A stretch of DNA of 64,000 bases from the human T2T-CHM13v2.0 reference genome, Homo sapiens. A model generated the notes under the pieces. That model did not search any database, was not told the DNA's origin, and saw only the letters and a program-made list of their open reading frames with translations. Made by a program: the position numbers and the translations under genes. The stretch lies in assembly GCF_009914755.1 (NCBI RefSeq), contig NC_060939.1, one strand, 5' to 3'. Each line of letters opens with the position of its first letter. Within the stretch, counting starts at the first letter, position 1. Of this stretch, positions 15,020-29,685 are shown piece by piece.

Positions 15020-18000
15020 GTCTTTTGAGTTTTTTTTATGATTGGTGTTGCACATTAGCCATCAGTTCTTTTTTATTGCTAAGTAATGATTCATGGTATG
15101 GATATATCACAATTTCTCTAACTATTCGAATTATTTAAGAGCATTTTGGTTGTTTACAGTTTCTGGCTATCATAAATAATGTTATCCTGAGTATTCATGT
15201 ACAGGTGCTTGTATGGACATAAGTTTTCTTTTCTCCAAATACATGCCCAGGAATGGAATTGCTGGGTCATATGTGTAAGTATATGGGTTTTTGGGGGTTT
15301 TTTTTTTGGGAGAAAATACCAAGTTGTCTTCCTGAGTGGCTGTACCACTTTCTGTTTCTTCTGGTATTGTATGAGAGGTCCAGTTTTTCTCTGTCTTTGC
15401 CAGCATATTTGTTATTGTCACTTTTTTTATTTTTAGATGTTTAAGTATGTATGTAGCGATAACTCATTTTGGTTTTAATTTACATTTTCCTAATGACTAA
15501 TGATGTTGAACATCTTTCCACATACTTATTTGCCATCTGTCGACATACTTATACTCTTTGGTGAAATGTCTGTGCATATTTTTCTCATTCTTTAATTGAA
15601 TTACTTGTTTTTATATTATTGACTTTTGAGAGTTCCTTTGCATATTGTAGATACTAGTTTTAGTCAGAGATGTAGTTTGCAAATGTTTTCTTCCAGTCTG
15701 TAGCTTGTATTTCTTCGGGAAAAAAAAAAAAAAAACACCTTTTGATCTTGAAATAATTACAGATTTGTAGGAAGTTGAGAAATGTATAGGAACATCCTGT
15801 GTACTCTTAACCTAGCCTTCTCCATTGTTAACATCTTTCTTAATATAGTGCAGTATCCAAACTAGGACATAACATTGGTACAATACACAGAGCTTTTCAG
15901 ATTTTATTAGTTGTATTTGCAGTCATGTGTATTTGTAGCTCTGTGCAGATTTATCACATGTAACTACCACCACAATAAAAGATACCTAACTGTCCTGTCA
16001 CCCACAAGACTCCCTCTTGCTAACTTTTTGATAACCTCACCCACTCTCTCTAGCCCCAGTGGTTCATCCAAGTTGCTGTGTATATCACTAGTTTGTTCCT
16101 TTTAAGGGGCGGGGAGGGGGGCGCTGAGAAGTATTCTATCATATAATGTAGTTTCATTTGTTTAAACATTTACCAGCTGAAGAACATTAGTGTAGTTTTC
16201 TGTGTTTGGCTGTTAATGAATAAAATTACTATGAATATTCATATACAATTTCCTGTGCAAAAATAAATTTTTATATCTCTGGTAAATGCCCAAGGGTTAT
16301 CAGTTGCTGGGCTGTATGGTAGTTTTAGTTTTAGTTTTAAAAGGTCTGCAAAATTATTTTCCAGACTGACTGTATCATTTTACATTCCTAGCAGCCATGA
16401 ATGAATGATCCAGTGTTTCTGCATCCTTGTCAGCATTTGATGCTATCACTATTTTTTAGTTTTGCCATTTTGATAGGAGTATAGTGATATCTCATTGTGT
16501 TTTGTTGTTGTTTTTGTTTTGTTTTTTTTTTTTGAGATAAGGTCTCGCTCTGTCACCCAGGGTGGAGGGCAGTGGCATGATCATGGTTCCCTGCAGCCTC
16601 AACCTCCCTGGCTCAGGTGATCCTCCCGCCTCTCAAGCCTCCCAGGTAGTCAGGACTACAGGCACACGCCACCACACCTGGCTAATTCTTTGTATTTTCT
16701 GTAGAGACAGGGTTTCACCATGTTGGCCAGGCTGGTCTCAAACTCCTGGAGTCAAGTGATCTTCTCCCCTCAACCTCCCAAAGTGCTAGGATTACAGGTG
16801 TGAGCCACCGTGGCTGGCCTTCATGGTGGTTTTAGTTTGCATTTCCCTAATAGCTAATGATGTTGAACATCCTTTTATTTGTTTATTTGCCATCTGAATA
16901 TCCTCTTCAGTGAAATATCTTTTTATGTCTTTTGTCTTTTCTAATTGCAGTGTTTTTTTTTTTTTTTAACTTATGAGTTTTCAGAGTTCTTTCTAGATTC
17001 TAGATTCTAGTCCTTCGTTGGGTTTGTGGTTTGCAGATCTTTTCTCCTGTGGTGTAACTTGTCTTTTTTTTTGTTTGTTTCCTTGTTTGTTTTTGACATG
17101 GGATCTCACTGTGTTGCTCAGGCTGCAGTGCAGTGGCTGTTCACAAGAGTGATTATAGTTTACCTTAATCTCAAATTCCTGGGCTCGAGCAGCCCTCCTG
17201 CCTCAGCCTCCTGAGTAGCTGGGACTACAGATGCATGCCACTGCGCCTGGCTTGTCTTCTTAATAGGATCTTTTTACATAGAACAAAATGTTTAATTTTG
17301 AGGAAGTCTCATTTACTGATTTGTTTCTTTGTTAGATTTGTGTTTTAGGTTTCTAGTCTAACAACCCCACTTGCACACCCACCCCACTTTTTTGACTTGC
17401 TCTGTCACCCAGGCTGGAATGCAGTGGCATGTGATCATAGCTCACTGCAGCCTTGAACTGCTGGGCTCAGGCAATCCTCCTGCCTCAGCCTTCTGAGTAG
17501 TTGAGACTACAGGTGTGTGCCATCGCGCCCAACTAATTTATTTTTTACTTTTTGTAGAGACGGGATCTGGTCTCATACTCCTGGCCTCAAGTGATCCTCC
17601 CACCCCAGCCTACCAAAACACTGAGATTATGGGCGTGAGCCACAGTGCCTAGCCAAGTCAAAAACCTCTCTGCCTGACTTTAGATTTGGAGATTTTTTTT
17701 TCCTCGAAAGTTTTTATTTTTACATTTTACATTTAAATCTGTGATCCATTTGTTACTACTTTTTATAAGGTGTGAGATTGAGATTGAGCTTCATTTATGG
17801 AGATCTAACTGTTCTTAGACCCCTGTTGCAAAGGCCGTCCTCCTCCATTGAATTACTTTTGCATCTTTATCAACAATCATTGTCTGTACCTATGTGGGTC
17901 TCTTTCTGGGTCCTCTGTTCTGTTCCATTGATCAGTGTTTCTGTCTCCCACCATTACCACATGGTCTTGATTACTATGTCAGACTATGTAATAAGTCATA

Positions 18001-19780
18001 AAATTAGGTAGAGTAATTGCTTTTACTTTGTTTAAATATTCTTCTAGTTCTTTTGCCTTTCCACACAAATTTTAGAATTATCTTCTCGCTCTACAAATAG
18101 TCTTGCTGGGATTTTGATAGGAATTGCATTAAACCTGCATATCAATTTAGGGATGATTAATAATTTTTCTATTTTGAGCCTTCCAGTATATGAACATGGT
18201 ATGTTGCCATTTGTTTAGATCTTTTTTAAAATTTTATTCATCAGCATTTTATAGTTTTCAGTATATAGTTCCCACACTTGTTTTGTTAGACCTGTACTTA
18301 AATATTTTGTTTTTTTCTGAGTGATTATATCTTGTGACCTTGCTGAGTTCACTTATAGTTCTAGGAAGTTTTTTGTAAATTTGAGGGGTATTTCTTCATA
18401 GACTACCTTGTTTTCTGCAAACAGGGACAGTTTTTATTTCTTAACCATCTGCCTGCTGCCTTCCATTTATTTACTTTGCCTTATTGCTTTATGGCTCTAA
18501 TAGAGTGTTGAATAATAGTGGTGACAGTGAACATCCTTCTTTGATTTTTATTTCTTTTTTTTTTGAGACAGGGTCTCATTCTGTTGCCCAGGCTGGAGTA
18601 TAGTAGCACAGTCTCGGCTCACTGCAACATCCGCCTCCTGGACTCAAGTGATCTTCCTGCCTCAGCCTTCTGAGTAGCTGGGACTATAGGTGCGCACCAC
18701 CACACCCAGATAATTTTCGTATTTTAGTAGAGATGGGGTTTCACTATGTTGGCTAGGCTGGTCTCGAACTCCTGGCCTCAAGTGATCTGCCCGCCTCGCC
18801 CACCCAAAGAGCTAGGATTACAGGTGTGAGCCACTCTGCCTGACCCTTCTTTGATTTTGATCTTAGGGGGAAAGCTTCAAGATAAAATGATATTTTTTTT
18901 TTCTGTGTTTAGGCTTTTGCCCTTGAATCTACCATGTTTTGTATTATTATCCTTTTTTTTTTTTAAGCTTTTCGTTAGCATTTGTCTGACATAAACTTTG
19001 TTCTTTTGTTTTCAACCTTTTGTGGTGTTTATTTTTGGGTTCTTTTTGATTTTTTGTTTTAAAATAGCTTTATTGACATATAATTCATATACCACAAAAT
19101 ATATTCCTTTAAAGTGTACAATTCATTGGTTTTACTATATCCACAGAGTTGTGCAGCCACCATCACTATCAATTTTAGAACATTTTCATCACCCAGAAAA
19201 GAGCCTCTCTACCCATTATCAATCACTCTTTAGTGCCACCTCTCCCATCCCCTGAAACTACTAATACGGCATCTGTCTTTATAGATTTTCCTGTTTTGGA
19301 CATCTCATATGAATGGAATCGTATGGTGTATGACCTTCCGTGACTGGCTGTTTTCATTTAGAATGATGTTTTCAAGTTCATAAAGTTGTATGTGCCGAAA
19401 CTTTGTTCTTTTTAATGGCCAAGTAATATTCCGTTATATGGATATACCACATTTTGTTTATACATTCATCAGTTGATGGGCATCTGAGTTGTTTCCACTT
19501 TTTGGCTAATATGAATATTCGTGTATAATTTTTTGTGTGGAAATATGTTTTCAATTCTTTTGGTTAAATACCTAGAACTAGAAATGCTGGCTCATATGGT
19601 AACTTTGTTTAACCTTTGAAGAACTGCCAGACTGTTTTCTAAAGCAGCTGTACCATTTATATTCCCACCAGTGATTTATGAGGATTCGCATTTCTCTCCA
19701 CATCCTTACCAACACTTGTTATTATATGCCTTTTTTAATATAGTCATCCTAGTGGGTGTGAAGTGACATCTCATTGTAGT
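15020..19780 (-). mobile_element. Nested antisense L1M fragments with antisense Alus at about 16500-16819, 17065-17251, 17388-17654 and 18545-18845
   Basis: Several L1 3'/ORF2 signature blocks (aattgctgggtcatat, ctaatgatgttgaacatc, tacattcccaccag) plus Alu consensus. Confidence 0.85.
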
Positions 19781-20159
19781 AGATTTCTCTCTTACAAATA
19801 GCATGTACCTGGCTTTTTAAAAACTCAGTCTTAAAATTTAACTTACTCTCATTTTATGCTAACGTTGTTACATTTGGTCTTTGTTCTGCCATCTTAATTT
19901 GTTGTCTGTCATTTTTTTCTGACCTCTGTGATATGAATTATACTTTGTTTCTCTTTTATTTTCTAATGGTTTGGGAGTTCTGCCTTCTATTTCTGTAGGT
20001 AGTTACTATTGAAATTTTACCCAACACATTTAAGCCTAAATTTTACTACCAACATCAACAACTTTTAAGAGTAATTACTGTGTCTTGCCTCTTCTCCTCT
20101 TCACTAATTTATTCTATCAGACATGTATTCATAGTTGTTTCTTCAAAATTCATATTAAC

Positions 20160-20450
20160 CACAGAGAGACAAATATTTCGTGTTCTCACTTATATGTGGG
20201 AGCTAAAAACAATTGATCTCATGGAGGTAGTGATGATGGTGGTTACCAGAGGGAGACTGTAGTTAATAAGAATTTATTATGTATTTCAAAATAGCCAGAA
20301 GAGAAGATATGATGTGTTCCTAGCACAAAGAAATGATAAATGTTTGAGGTGATGGATATCCTAGTTACCCTAATTTAATCATTGCACATTGTATGCATGT
20401 ACAAAAATACATATTCCATAAATATGTACAGCAATTATGTAACAAAGTTT
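20160..20450 (+). mobile_element. L1MA-type 3' end fragment
   Basis: gttctcacttatatgtgggagctaaaa...atggtggttaccagagg...tgtttgaggtgatggatatcctagttaccc. Confidence 0.75.
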
Positions 20451-21308
20451 ACATAAGGGTCTCTGACAGAAGAAGCATTTTCCCACATTGCATAGTGACA
20501 GCCAAAATCTTAATAGGTACAATAATTAAAGTTATGAAAGAATTGCTATTGAATGAAGAAAATATTTGTCTTTAGTGCTTTACTTTAGATTATTTTGAGA
20601 GGACTATAGTGTATAGCTAAGAAGCAATCATTCAACTCAGGGTAGGTGGGTTAGGTTTAAGAAAATCTGATGACTCCATTGAGAATTGTATTAAAGCTCA
20701 GCCAAGAGAGCTGAGCTGTAACAATATTTAATTTGCCACATTGCAGTTTCATCCATCTAGAAGTGTAGGAAATTCAGGTTTTCAGGTTCACTCAGGATAT
20801 GAATTGTTAACTTCCTCTTAGCAGAGATAATATATTACTATTTACCAGATAATCTTAATACTCTAACTTATATTTTTACTTCAGAAGTTTTTCTAGAATT
20901 TATCTAGGTTACTTTTAGATAAGTAAATCAGGCCATTTGTTTGTATTTATTATTGGTATATTTCTGTATAATTTCCTTATGCCTGTGTAGATCGTGGAGT
21001 TCTTTTGAAGTCAATTTCAAGTCAAGATTATATTTATGTACATGATTTTTTTCTCATATTTCTCACTTTCCCACCATATGATCTAGGTTTGCTACATCAG
21101 AATTGGAGAGTGACATTTAACTTAGTGTTTCCGGAATAAAGAATCTGGAGCTTTTACTACCCCATAAGTAATCTATTTTAGCCTTTCTAAGTCTGCAGCT
21201 TCCTTTCACTTTGCTTTCCAATCTAGCATTTCACCTCTAGTTTTACCCCAGTTATGCTTTATAGATTAAACCTCTGAAATGTGTTTAATCTGTATGAAAT
21301 GAAATTAT

Positions 21309-21432
21309 AGCTGGGCACAGTGGTGCACACCTGTAGTCCCAGCTACTTGGGAGGCTGAGCATGAGAGTCGGTTGAGCCCAGGAGTTCCAAACCAGCCTGG
21401 GCAACATAGCAAAACGCCATCTCTAAAAAAAA
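21309..21432 (+). mobile_element. Alu monomer (FLAM)
   Basis: Single arm plus A tail. aaatgaaattat repeated at about 21297 and 21466 as a likely TSD. Confidence 0.85.
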
Positions 21433-23789
21433 TTTTTTTTAAATAAATAACTAACAGTAACCTTAAAATGAAATTATGGTTCTTAATGATAGTGGCTTGT
21501 TACATCTCTTATAGCCCCACATAGGTTAGATTTTTCAATATAAAATTAGAGGATAGGCACATTCTTTCTTTTTAGATGCTTAAGAAATTACCTCACATAA
21601 ACATTTTACCATTTAAAAAATGATGTTTACCAGTCCATTTCAGTTCTTCAACTGAGGTCCATTATAAAATATACTACTTTTGCTGTATACCAAGCTACAG
21701 TTGTAGATATTGATTCAAGTAAAGGTGATACTTCCTCTTCCAGTTGATTTTTATACTCTTAATTTGTGTATACATACATTTTCACACATGAATATGTGTG
21801 TGTAAGAGACAGAGTGCATTCATTTGCACCCAGGGTTGGAGGAAAGAAGAGAAAGAAATGAGAATATGTATATTGGAGATACTTGGCTATTTGTACCTCA
21901 CCTGCCCATGAAGGCTAAAAATGGATGGTTAAACACCTGTCTCTGTGCTCATGATGAAAATGACCTTTGCAAAAAAAAAAAAAAAAAAAGAATAAACAAA
22001 AGAAACACAAACAAAAAAACTTTAGAAAATAACCTTTGCTTCTAGACCTTCTAAATTTTTCTGAATGGAGAGTTTTGTGGTTTCCAAAAGTGAAATAGTA
22101 GAAGCAGGAAGAAAATATTCTCTTACCTAGGTGCAAAACTGGCCCAGGCCAAATTCTAATAGACACTTGCCTTTGGCAGTCTCCCAGTTGTCTCTCTTCA
22201 TGTTTCCCCCACCTTTGTCTGCCCCCTCCTTAGTTGTGTGTTGAGCTCCTCACTGTGCCATTTTCCTCAGGTCTGTAGACATGCCTCTTCTTATACCCCA
22301 CAAAATCCCCTCCAGTTTCCTCCTAATATTATCTATAAAGCAGAAGAAAATAGCCTGATCTGTAGAGTGAAGGGGGATTAGGCTCTAACGTCAGTGTATT
22401 AGCCCTACTGCTGAAAATTCCTGAAATTCTTAATCGATTACAATAGTGTTCCATACTTAAATACAGCACAGCAAGCTTTTCTCCAGCATTGTGTTGGATC
22501 GCTGTTTCTTTGGTTGAACACAGATGATGTTGGGTTATATTTAGGGGCCACATAGTTTGAAAATAATTCATGAGTGTTTAAAAGACTAGCATATTCAGCA
22601 TGGTAAGATGCACTCGTGAGGAGATGGGACCCTTTGTACTTCCTAGAGTACAAAGAAACACTGACCTAGAGAACCATATTCTAAGAAGTCTACTTTTGTT
22701 TAAGCATTTTTCTGGGTCAGCTCCAGTAAATGAATCTTGCTATTCATAATATTTCTTCTTCTGAACCTATAGGTTTTTAACTTAGGGATGAGAGTCCAGG
22801 ATAGTAGCTATTTGTACATGTTTGCTTATTTTCAATTTATGTGTTTGTTAGGGATTGTCCATTAACTTACAGCTGTTTTCACTCTGATCATTGTTCCTAG
22901 CAAGTATGCTTAGGTATGGTCTCACTTCCTATCACCTCACTCTAATGAGTCCTCTTAATCCTTATCAGAAGGAAATTCCATTTCTTCTTAGGGGAAAGTG
23001 ACCATAATAGTGTGTAAGATTGAGTTACCTTAAGTTGTATATTTCAGAAGTATAAATCAATATTTACTCAAATGCCTGGAACTTCTGGTTCATCTGTTGT
23101 GAATATAAAACCACTTATGGGCAAATGTTAAGTGTCTAGTATTTATACCAGATATTTATAGTCTTTGGAGCCTTTCCTAGGATCATGAATTTAGGCTGCT
23201 ACTCAATTTTTAATACTTTACCCTTATACTTTCATTTGAAAAAGAAATGATTGTTTAGAATGGATTTGAAAGTGTCTATTAAACTATATCTAAGAGCAAT
23301 TATAAAACTAATAATGTGTGATGAAAGATAAGATGGTCATCAGTTATAAACAGGAAAAAAGCTGATGGTAAATACTTATGCTTATACTTAGCTAGATAAA
23401 ACACACATTTAAGAAAAAAAAAAACTCTAAATATACAGTTACTTTGTTCCTATATATACCACCAGTAAATACGATACATGGTTTGTAGGTAGTGAAATAT
23501 TATTTTAAATGATTTTTCTTTCTAGAATTAGAGTATAGCCAGAAACTATTAACTAATCTTGTACAAGAAAACTACTAGAAAATCAACAGTGAGGAAGAGT
23601 TAGAATTAATTAAAATCTACCTAAAACTAGCATAAGCATAAAAGCTAATCCATCAATTTATATAACCAAAGATTAAGGAGCTTGATGCAGAGCTCAATGA
23701 ACATCACCATAATCTTTTTCTTGACTCTCCATTTCTCTTGCCAGCCCCTGCCACATTGCTTGGATCCTCAGCGTGGCAAAATTCCATAG

Positions 23790-25110
23790 ATAAGTTTTCT
23801 GTAGTCACTGTCTCCAGTTCCTTACCTTTCATTCTCCTGTAAGTCTACTCCAGTCATGCTTTTGCTTCATTCAATCCACTGAAACTTCTCTTGTCAAGAA
23901 CACCTGTGATGCCAAACCCCATGATCTGTTCCTAGTCTCCAGGTTCCTTGATCTATTAGTACTTGACACAGTTGATGAGGTTCTCCTGCTTGTGCACTTT
24001 GTCACTTGACTTCCAGGATTCCACACTCTCTTGATTTTCCTCCTATCATGCTAGTCATTTCTTCTTAGATGTCTTTCCTCGTTCTTCCTCTTCTCTTCTC
24101 ACACTCACTCCCTTGATGATTTGAACTAGTCTCAAGGCCTTAAATAGTAATTAAACACTGAGGACCCTAAATTTATATCTCAAGACCTCTCTCATGAGTT
24201 CTGGAGTTTCATCCGACTGCCTGCTTTATATCACCATTCATATAGCTATCTCACACTTAACCTGTCTAAAACAACTTTTTTTCTTCTTCCAAAATGAAGT
24301 CTACCCTCAGTATTCTCCCTTTTGGTTAAGAGTATCTTCATCCTTTTTGTTGCTCAAGTCAAAAACTCTGGAGTTATCCTGACTCTTCTCTTTTGTTATG
24401 TTCCAGTTTCATTAGTTAGGATGTTTTATTGGCTCCACCCTTAAAGTATATCTAGAATCTGACCATTCTCATGACCTTTACTGCTACTATGCTTATCTGA
24501 GCCACCATTATCTCTCACCTGGATTATTATGTTAATCTCTGTGCCTACCTTTGTTCCCTGTATAATATTCTGAATTTAGTAGCCAGAGTGATACTTTTAA
24601 ATAAAAGCTAATCATGTTACTCCTCTGTTTAAAACTCTCCATTTGCCTGGCCATCTTTGTTACCTGTCTGATATCATCATCTATAACTATTCTTTCTGTT
24701 ACCTTGACTCTAACAACACTGGTCTACTTGCTGTTTCTCAGATACTGTGTATGCTCTTGTCTTGGGCCTTGGCATGAGTGTTTTCTTTACCTGGAATACT
24801 CATCCCACAAACATTCACGTGGCCATCTCCTTCATCTTCTTCTAGTCAAGGTATTAATATTTCTGATGAGACACCTACCCTGACTACCCTATTCTTTCCA
24901 ATTCCCATTACACTGCCCTATTATTTCCATAACATTGTCAGCATCTGACATACTTTACTATGTGTATTATTTATTTTCTTTCTCTTCTCATTACAGTGTA
25001 AATGCCATAAGGGCAGTGGTTTGGGTCTCTTGTTTATTGAAGTATGCTAAGCACCTAGAATATTATTTTACATATACTAGGTACTCAGTAAATATTAGTT
25101 GAGTAAATAT
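23790..25110 (+). mobile_element. LINE-2 (L2a-like) long fragment with 3' end
   Basis: ccactgaaacttctcttgtcaag...ttgacacagttgat...tctagaatctgaccattctc...gtactcagtaaatattagttgagtaaat. Confidence 0.8.
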
Positions 25111-25929
25111 TTGTAGAACAGATTCATTTCATATTCTCCATTTTGTGGTTCTGCTTCCTTTATGTCAAGACCATGTTTAGGCATTATATGGGTCCCAGAA
25201 GTTCCTGAAAACCCTCCAGATTCAAATCTAGCCAGAAAGAGGATAAATCTTTGTCCTAGCATTCCCAGGAAAAAGACTGAGGTTCACTAAACTATTTTAA
25301 AATGCCTTATTCAGCCCTTGACCAGTCAGCCCTGGCCAGGAGAAACGCAAAACTCTTTTTGGCCTAGACTTGAAAGTTGGTCATATGTTCCAAGTCTGAA
25401 ACTAGAGGTAAAGATACAAACAAAAATGTCTATTCAGGGAATTAGAAGCTACTGAATAAGCACACAAGAAATGTCTACTCACTTTTGTATACCATTGGTT
25501 TACAACTGTGATCCTTGGTTACTGGCTGCATGGGATGTTAGTAGGTGCTCTTTGACCATGCCCCATTAAGTTAAAAAACTTAAATTTAAACAATTTTTAC
25601 TCCTGTGGAATTTCTCAATTTTTAATATGGTAATGTATTTTGTGAATCTCTAAGCCAGATATATTTTATGCATCAGTTTCCCCAAATTCTTTGAACATGA
25701 AACCGTTTTTCCTCCAGAATATCTCAAGGTATATTCTCATGCAGCTCACTATGAGAAATATTGGTATGTCCGCTAAGAATTAGAAAATTGAAGAAAAATC
25801 TCATGCAACAATAAAAAAGAAAACAAAAGAATACTTTTCAAATGTACAGGACCTATTTGAAGAAAAAATTTTTTACAGGCCCCCAAATATTTTAATATAT
25901 AGAAAGACAGTCCTTTGAAAGATACTTAC

Positions 25930-26368
<439 letters not shown>

Positions 26369-27599
26369 GGTATTTATTCTCAATAAATTCTATGTAGTTG
26401 CAGTTTAAAATCTAGTTTAGTAGAGAGGGGTGTGACGGGAAGAGGAGAACTTAATCAAATGATTCTAAAGTTTCATTTTGTTGTAGACTGTTTTTATTGC
26501 AAGAAAGCATAATACCTCAGGTTACCTAAGAAAAGTTTATTGTATTGAATATATAGGGTTTAAAACCAGTATCAGACAGTTATGATATGTACTTTCTCTG
26601 GTTGGCTGTGTGCTTTTTTCTCTCCCTCTGTGGCATCCGTATATATTTGTAAGCATCTGTTTTGTTTGCTTATGGTTATCTGCTCTTAGTCCCCATACTC
26701 CATACTCCAAATCTTGAATTAAACTGCTTTGGGTTGATTTTAGTTAATCTGTCGCTAATGGATGGATCCTTTTAGGCCTTCTCATTTTATTGATTGTCCA
26801 GAAGCCAGTAGATGGGCTATCCCTGGGAAAATTATGCTCCCTGATCCTGTCAGCATCTGCTCAATCCTACTTCTGTGGTCAGAGGTAAGGGTTGGCAAGA
26901 TTTAACTAGAAGGCGAAGTTGGGTGTGTTAGGCATCATGACTAAAATAATCTAGAAGAAAAAATAAGAATAGCCAGAGGAATTCTGAAAAGAGAGTATCT
27001 CTATATATTGCAGGGGTGTAGTAATTTAAGCTGTGGAACTGGTGCCTGAATAAGCAGTTAATAAAGTAGAAATACAATTTTCAAATAACATAAAAGTGAA
27101 ATTACTAATTAGAGGTATGAATTGGATGTTAAATTGTTCAGGAGTACCTAATTGGCCGTTAAAAAGTAAAATTCCTATCCTGCAATTTAACACTAATATC
27201 AAAATGGTTTAAAGATTTAAATGCTTAAAAATGAAATAGTATCAGAGGAAAGTACAGGTTGCGTTGAAATAAATGCATAGATAATATTTAAATAATATTG
27301 AGGTGAGGAAGGAATTTTCCCTAGCGTAAAACTACTGAGAGTTCATTAAGATTTTATTGTGGAGATTCAAAAAGAAAGGTTTATTATACTAAACGGGAAA
27401 ATGAATAAACTAAGGGGGAATATTTGAAATATGACCATAGTACATATTTTAATATAGAAAGGACTGTTAGAAACAATTTGTGTGTGGATTGGGGGTGCTT
27501 AATCCTACCTGGCCATCATACAGTATTACCCTAGTCCATACACTCTCCATACACTTTCTTAGGTGACTTTTGTATCTTATTCTCTTACTACATACTTCC

Positions 27600-28135
27600 A
27601 ACAACTGTTGTTGAGCCGTAACTCTTTGGTGATTACTTTGCGTTTTATTTCTTCCTCACTGAGAAAATGGAACCAATCAGAAGATAACTTATAAAGGCTT
27701 CCACCAATATATACCTTATGCCCATGTGCCTACATCTCTGTCCGTTTACCGTATATGTTTTCTTCTGTAACTGAGGGTGAATGCTCTGGTATCTGTACTG
27801 AGACCAGATTCTACACTTGCACATTAGATCCTACTCACTTGCTTATTCAAGGATATTGCTTAGTAATTCTTTCTCTGCTACATTATCAATTTTTTGCCTC
27901 TTTACTAGCTCAGTCCCCCATCTTAAAAAAACTACTTTTCTCCTAATTTCCCTCCAGCTACATCCCTATTTTCTTTTCCTTCACCACAAATTCCTTTCCA
28001 GAGATGTCTCAATTTACTGTCTTTGATTTCTTTCCTCCTTTCTCTCATGAACCCTTTCCAGGTAGGTTTTTGACTAGCTCATGCCAAAGAAACTGTTGTT
28101 ATCTAGGTCGTCAGTGACCATTATACCACCAAAAA
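27600..28135 (+). mobile_element. LINE-2 internal fragment
   Basis: ttcctcactgagaaaatggaaccaatcag...gatcctactcact...aaactgttgttatctaggtc..cagtgacc. Confidence 0.6.
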
Positions 28136-29645
28136 AAAGTAGTCATTTCCCAGTTTGGAAGAATTAAATCTTTTTAAAAAATGTAAAGAATGCCTACTAC
28201 AGCCTAATAGGGTGGTTCACAATACAGAAAAAGGCCAATAAGGGTATGAAAAGTAGTCAATTTCTAGAAAGTCAAAGAAATGCAAATTTAAGACAATAAG
28301 ATGTTTCTTATTCACTGTCCAGTGTCGGCAAGGAAATCTAGAACTCTCATATACCATTTGGTTATGCAAATGAAAATTGGTACATTTCTGGAAGCAATTT
28401 GACAATTTTTACGAGAGCTTTAAAATTGTGTTCGTCTTTTGACTTGCCCATTCTGTTTCTAAGAGTATGTCTCAGGGAAATAACACACAAATGCATGATG
28501 CATCCACCCACATACAACCAGGGAGGGAAGGATTCATCAAGGCATTAATTCTGGAAGGGAAACATGAAAATGACCTAAGTGTTTGACAATAGGAGATTGG
28601 TTAAAGTATGCTACATCTATATGGTAGAATACCAAGTAGCTACTTAAAATGATGACATTGGTTTGTTTATTTATTTGAAATTATTTTAAACTTTTTTCAC
28701 ATCAAGTTGCCATTAAAGATATGTTTATTAACATGGAAAGACTTTAATATGTTTTAAGAAGTGTATTCAATGCAAATTTTGTGGGGAACAAAGTATATTA
28801 CATGCATGTGGTTATATGTGTGCACATACATAGGTACATATCAATGTATGTATAGGAAAATGCCTAGAAGATTGTATACCAAAATGTTTTTCAGCTGCTG
28901 TCAAGTAGTACAATTTTAGATGTTCTTTTAAAACTTGGAATGCTTGCATTAACAACAACAAAAAAAGAAAATGAAAGTTTTGCAAAAGAAAGAAAATCAA
29001 TATCCCAATTATAGTCTGCTTACTTTTTCTGGTTTTACATTCAAACATTGATCATTAGACTTGGTTCATAGCTGGCTGGCTTGAACTGACCCAGTCCTGT
29101 TTCATAACCCTGCTGGACTTAAAACAGCCTAATGGTCTGCCAGCTGTGAGAGAATAGATGAGCCAGATAAAGTGTATTTACCATACTTTTAACTCCTGAG
29201 CTGCTTGGGAGTCTTTATAGACTCCTTTGATTAAGTCTACCAGGAGACCAGCTACTAACTCAGTAAACTAATCTGAGGAATAATGTAAAGTTAGAATAAC
29301 TAGGATAGGTAGAGTTAAACTCCAGAGAAAAAAGGTGATGAAAAGTATAAGGCAAGCTTATTAAGGATGGGCTTATTAGGAACCTGATAAAAGGATGTGA
29401 TAAAAATGAAATCAAAGGGTTTTACAGTGCTAAAGTTTAATAGTATTACATGTTGGAATTGTTTCCTGTTTCTTAGTATAGGTAATTTCTGTATGAATGG
29501 AAAATTCATGTGTAATTTTTGTTGTACTCCAAAGAACTTTAGCCACAATTTATTGTGAAATATTTGCAACCTTGAAAATTCAGAAATCTAGCAATAGGAT
29601 CTCTCTCTGTCTCTCTCTTGCTCTAGCAAACGACTGCATATATTT

Positions 29646-29648
<3 letters not shown>

Positions 29649-29678
<30 letters not shown>
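29649..29678. repeat. (AC)15 microsatellite
   Basis: Read directly. Confidence 0.95.

Positions 29679-29685
<7 letters not shown>

Noticed and set aside
21951-22064. C-box ATGATGA with a downstream CTGA as an intronic C/D snoRNA
   Set aside because: The interval is mostly poly(A), with no terminal stem or recognisable rRNA antisense element.
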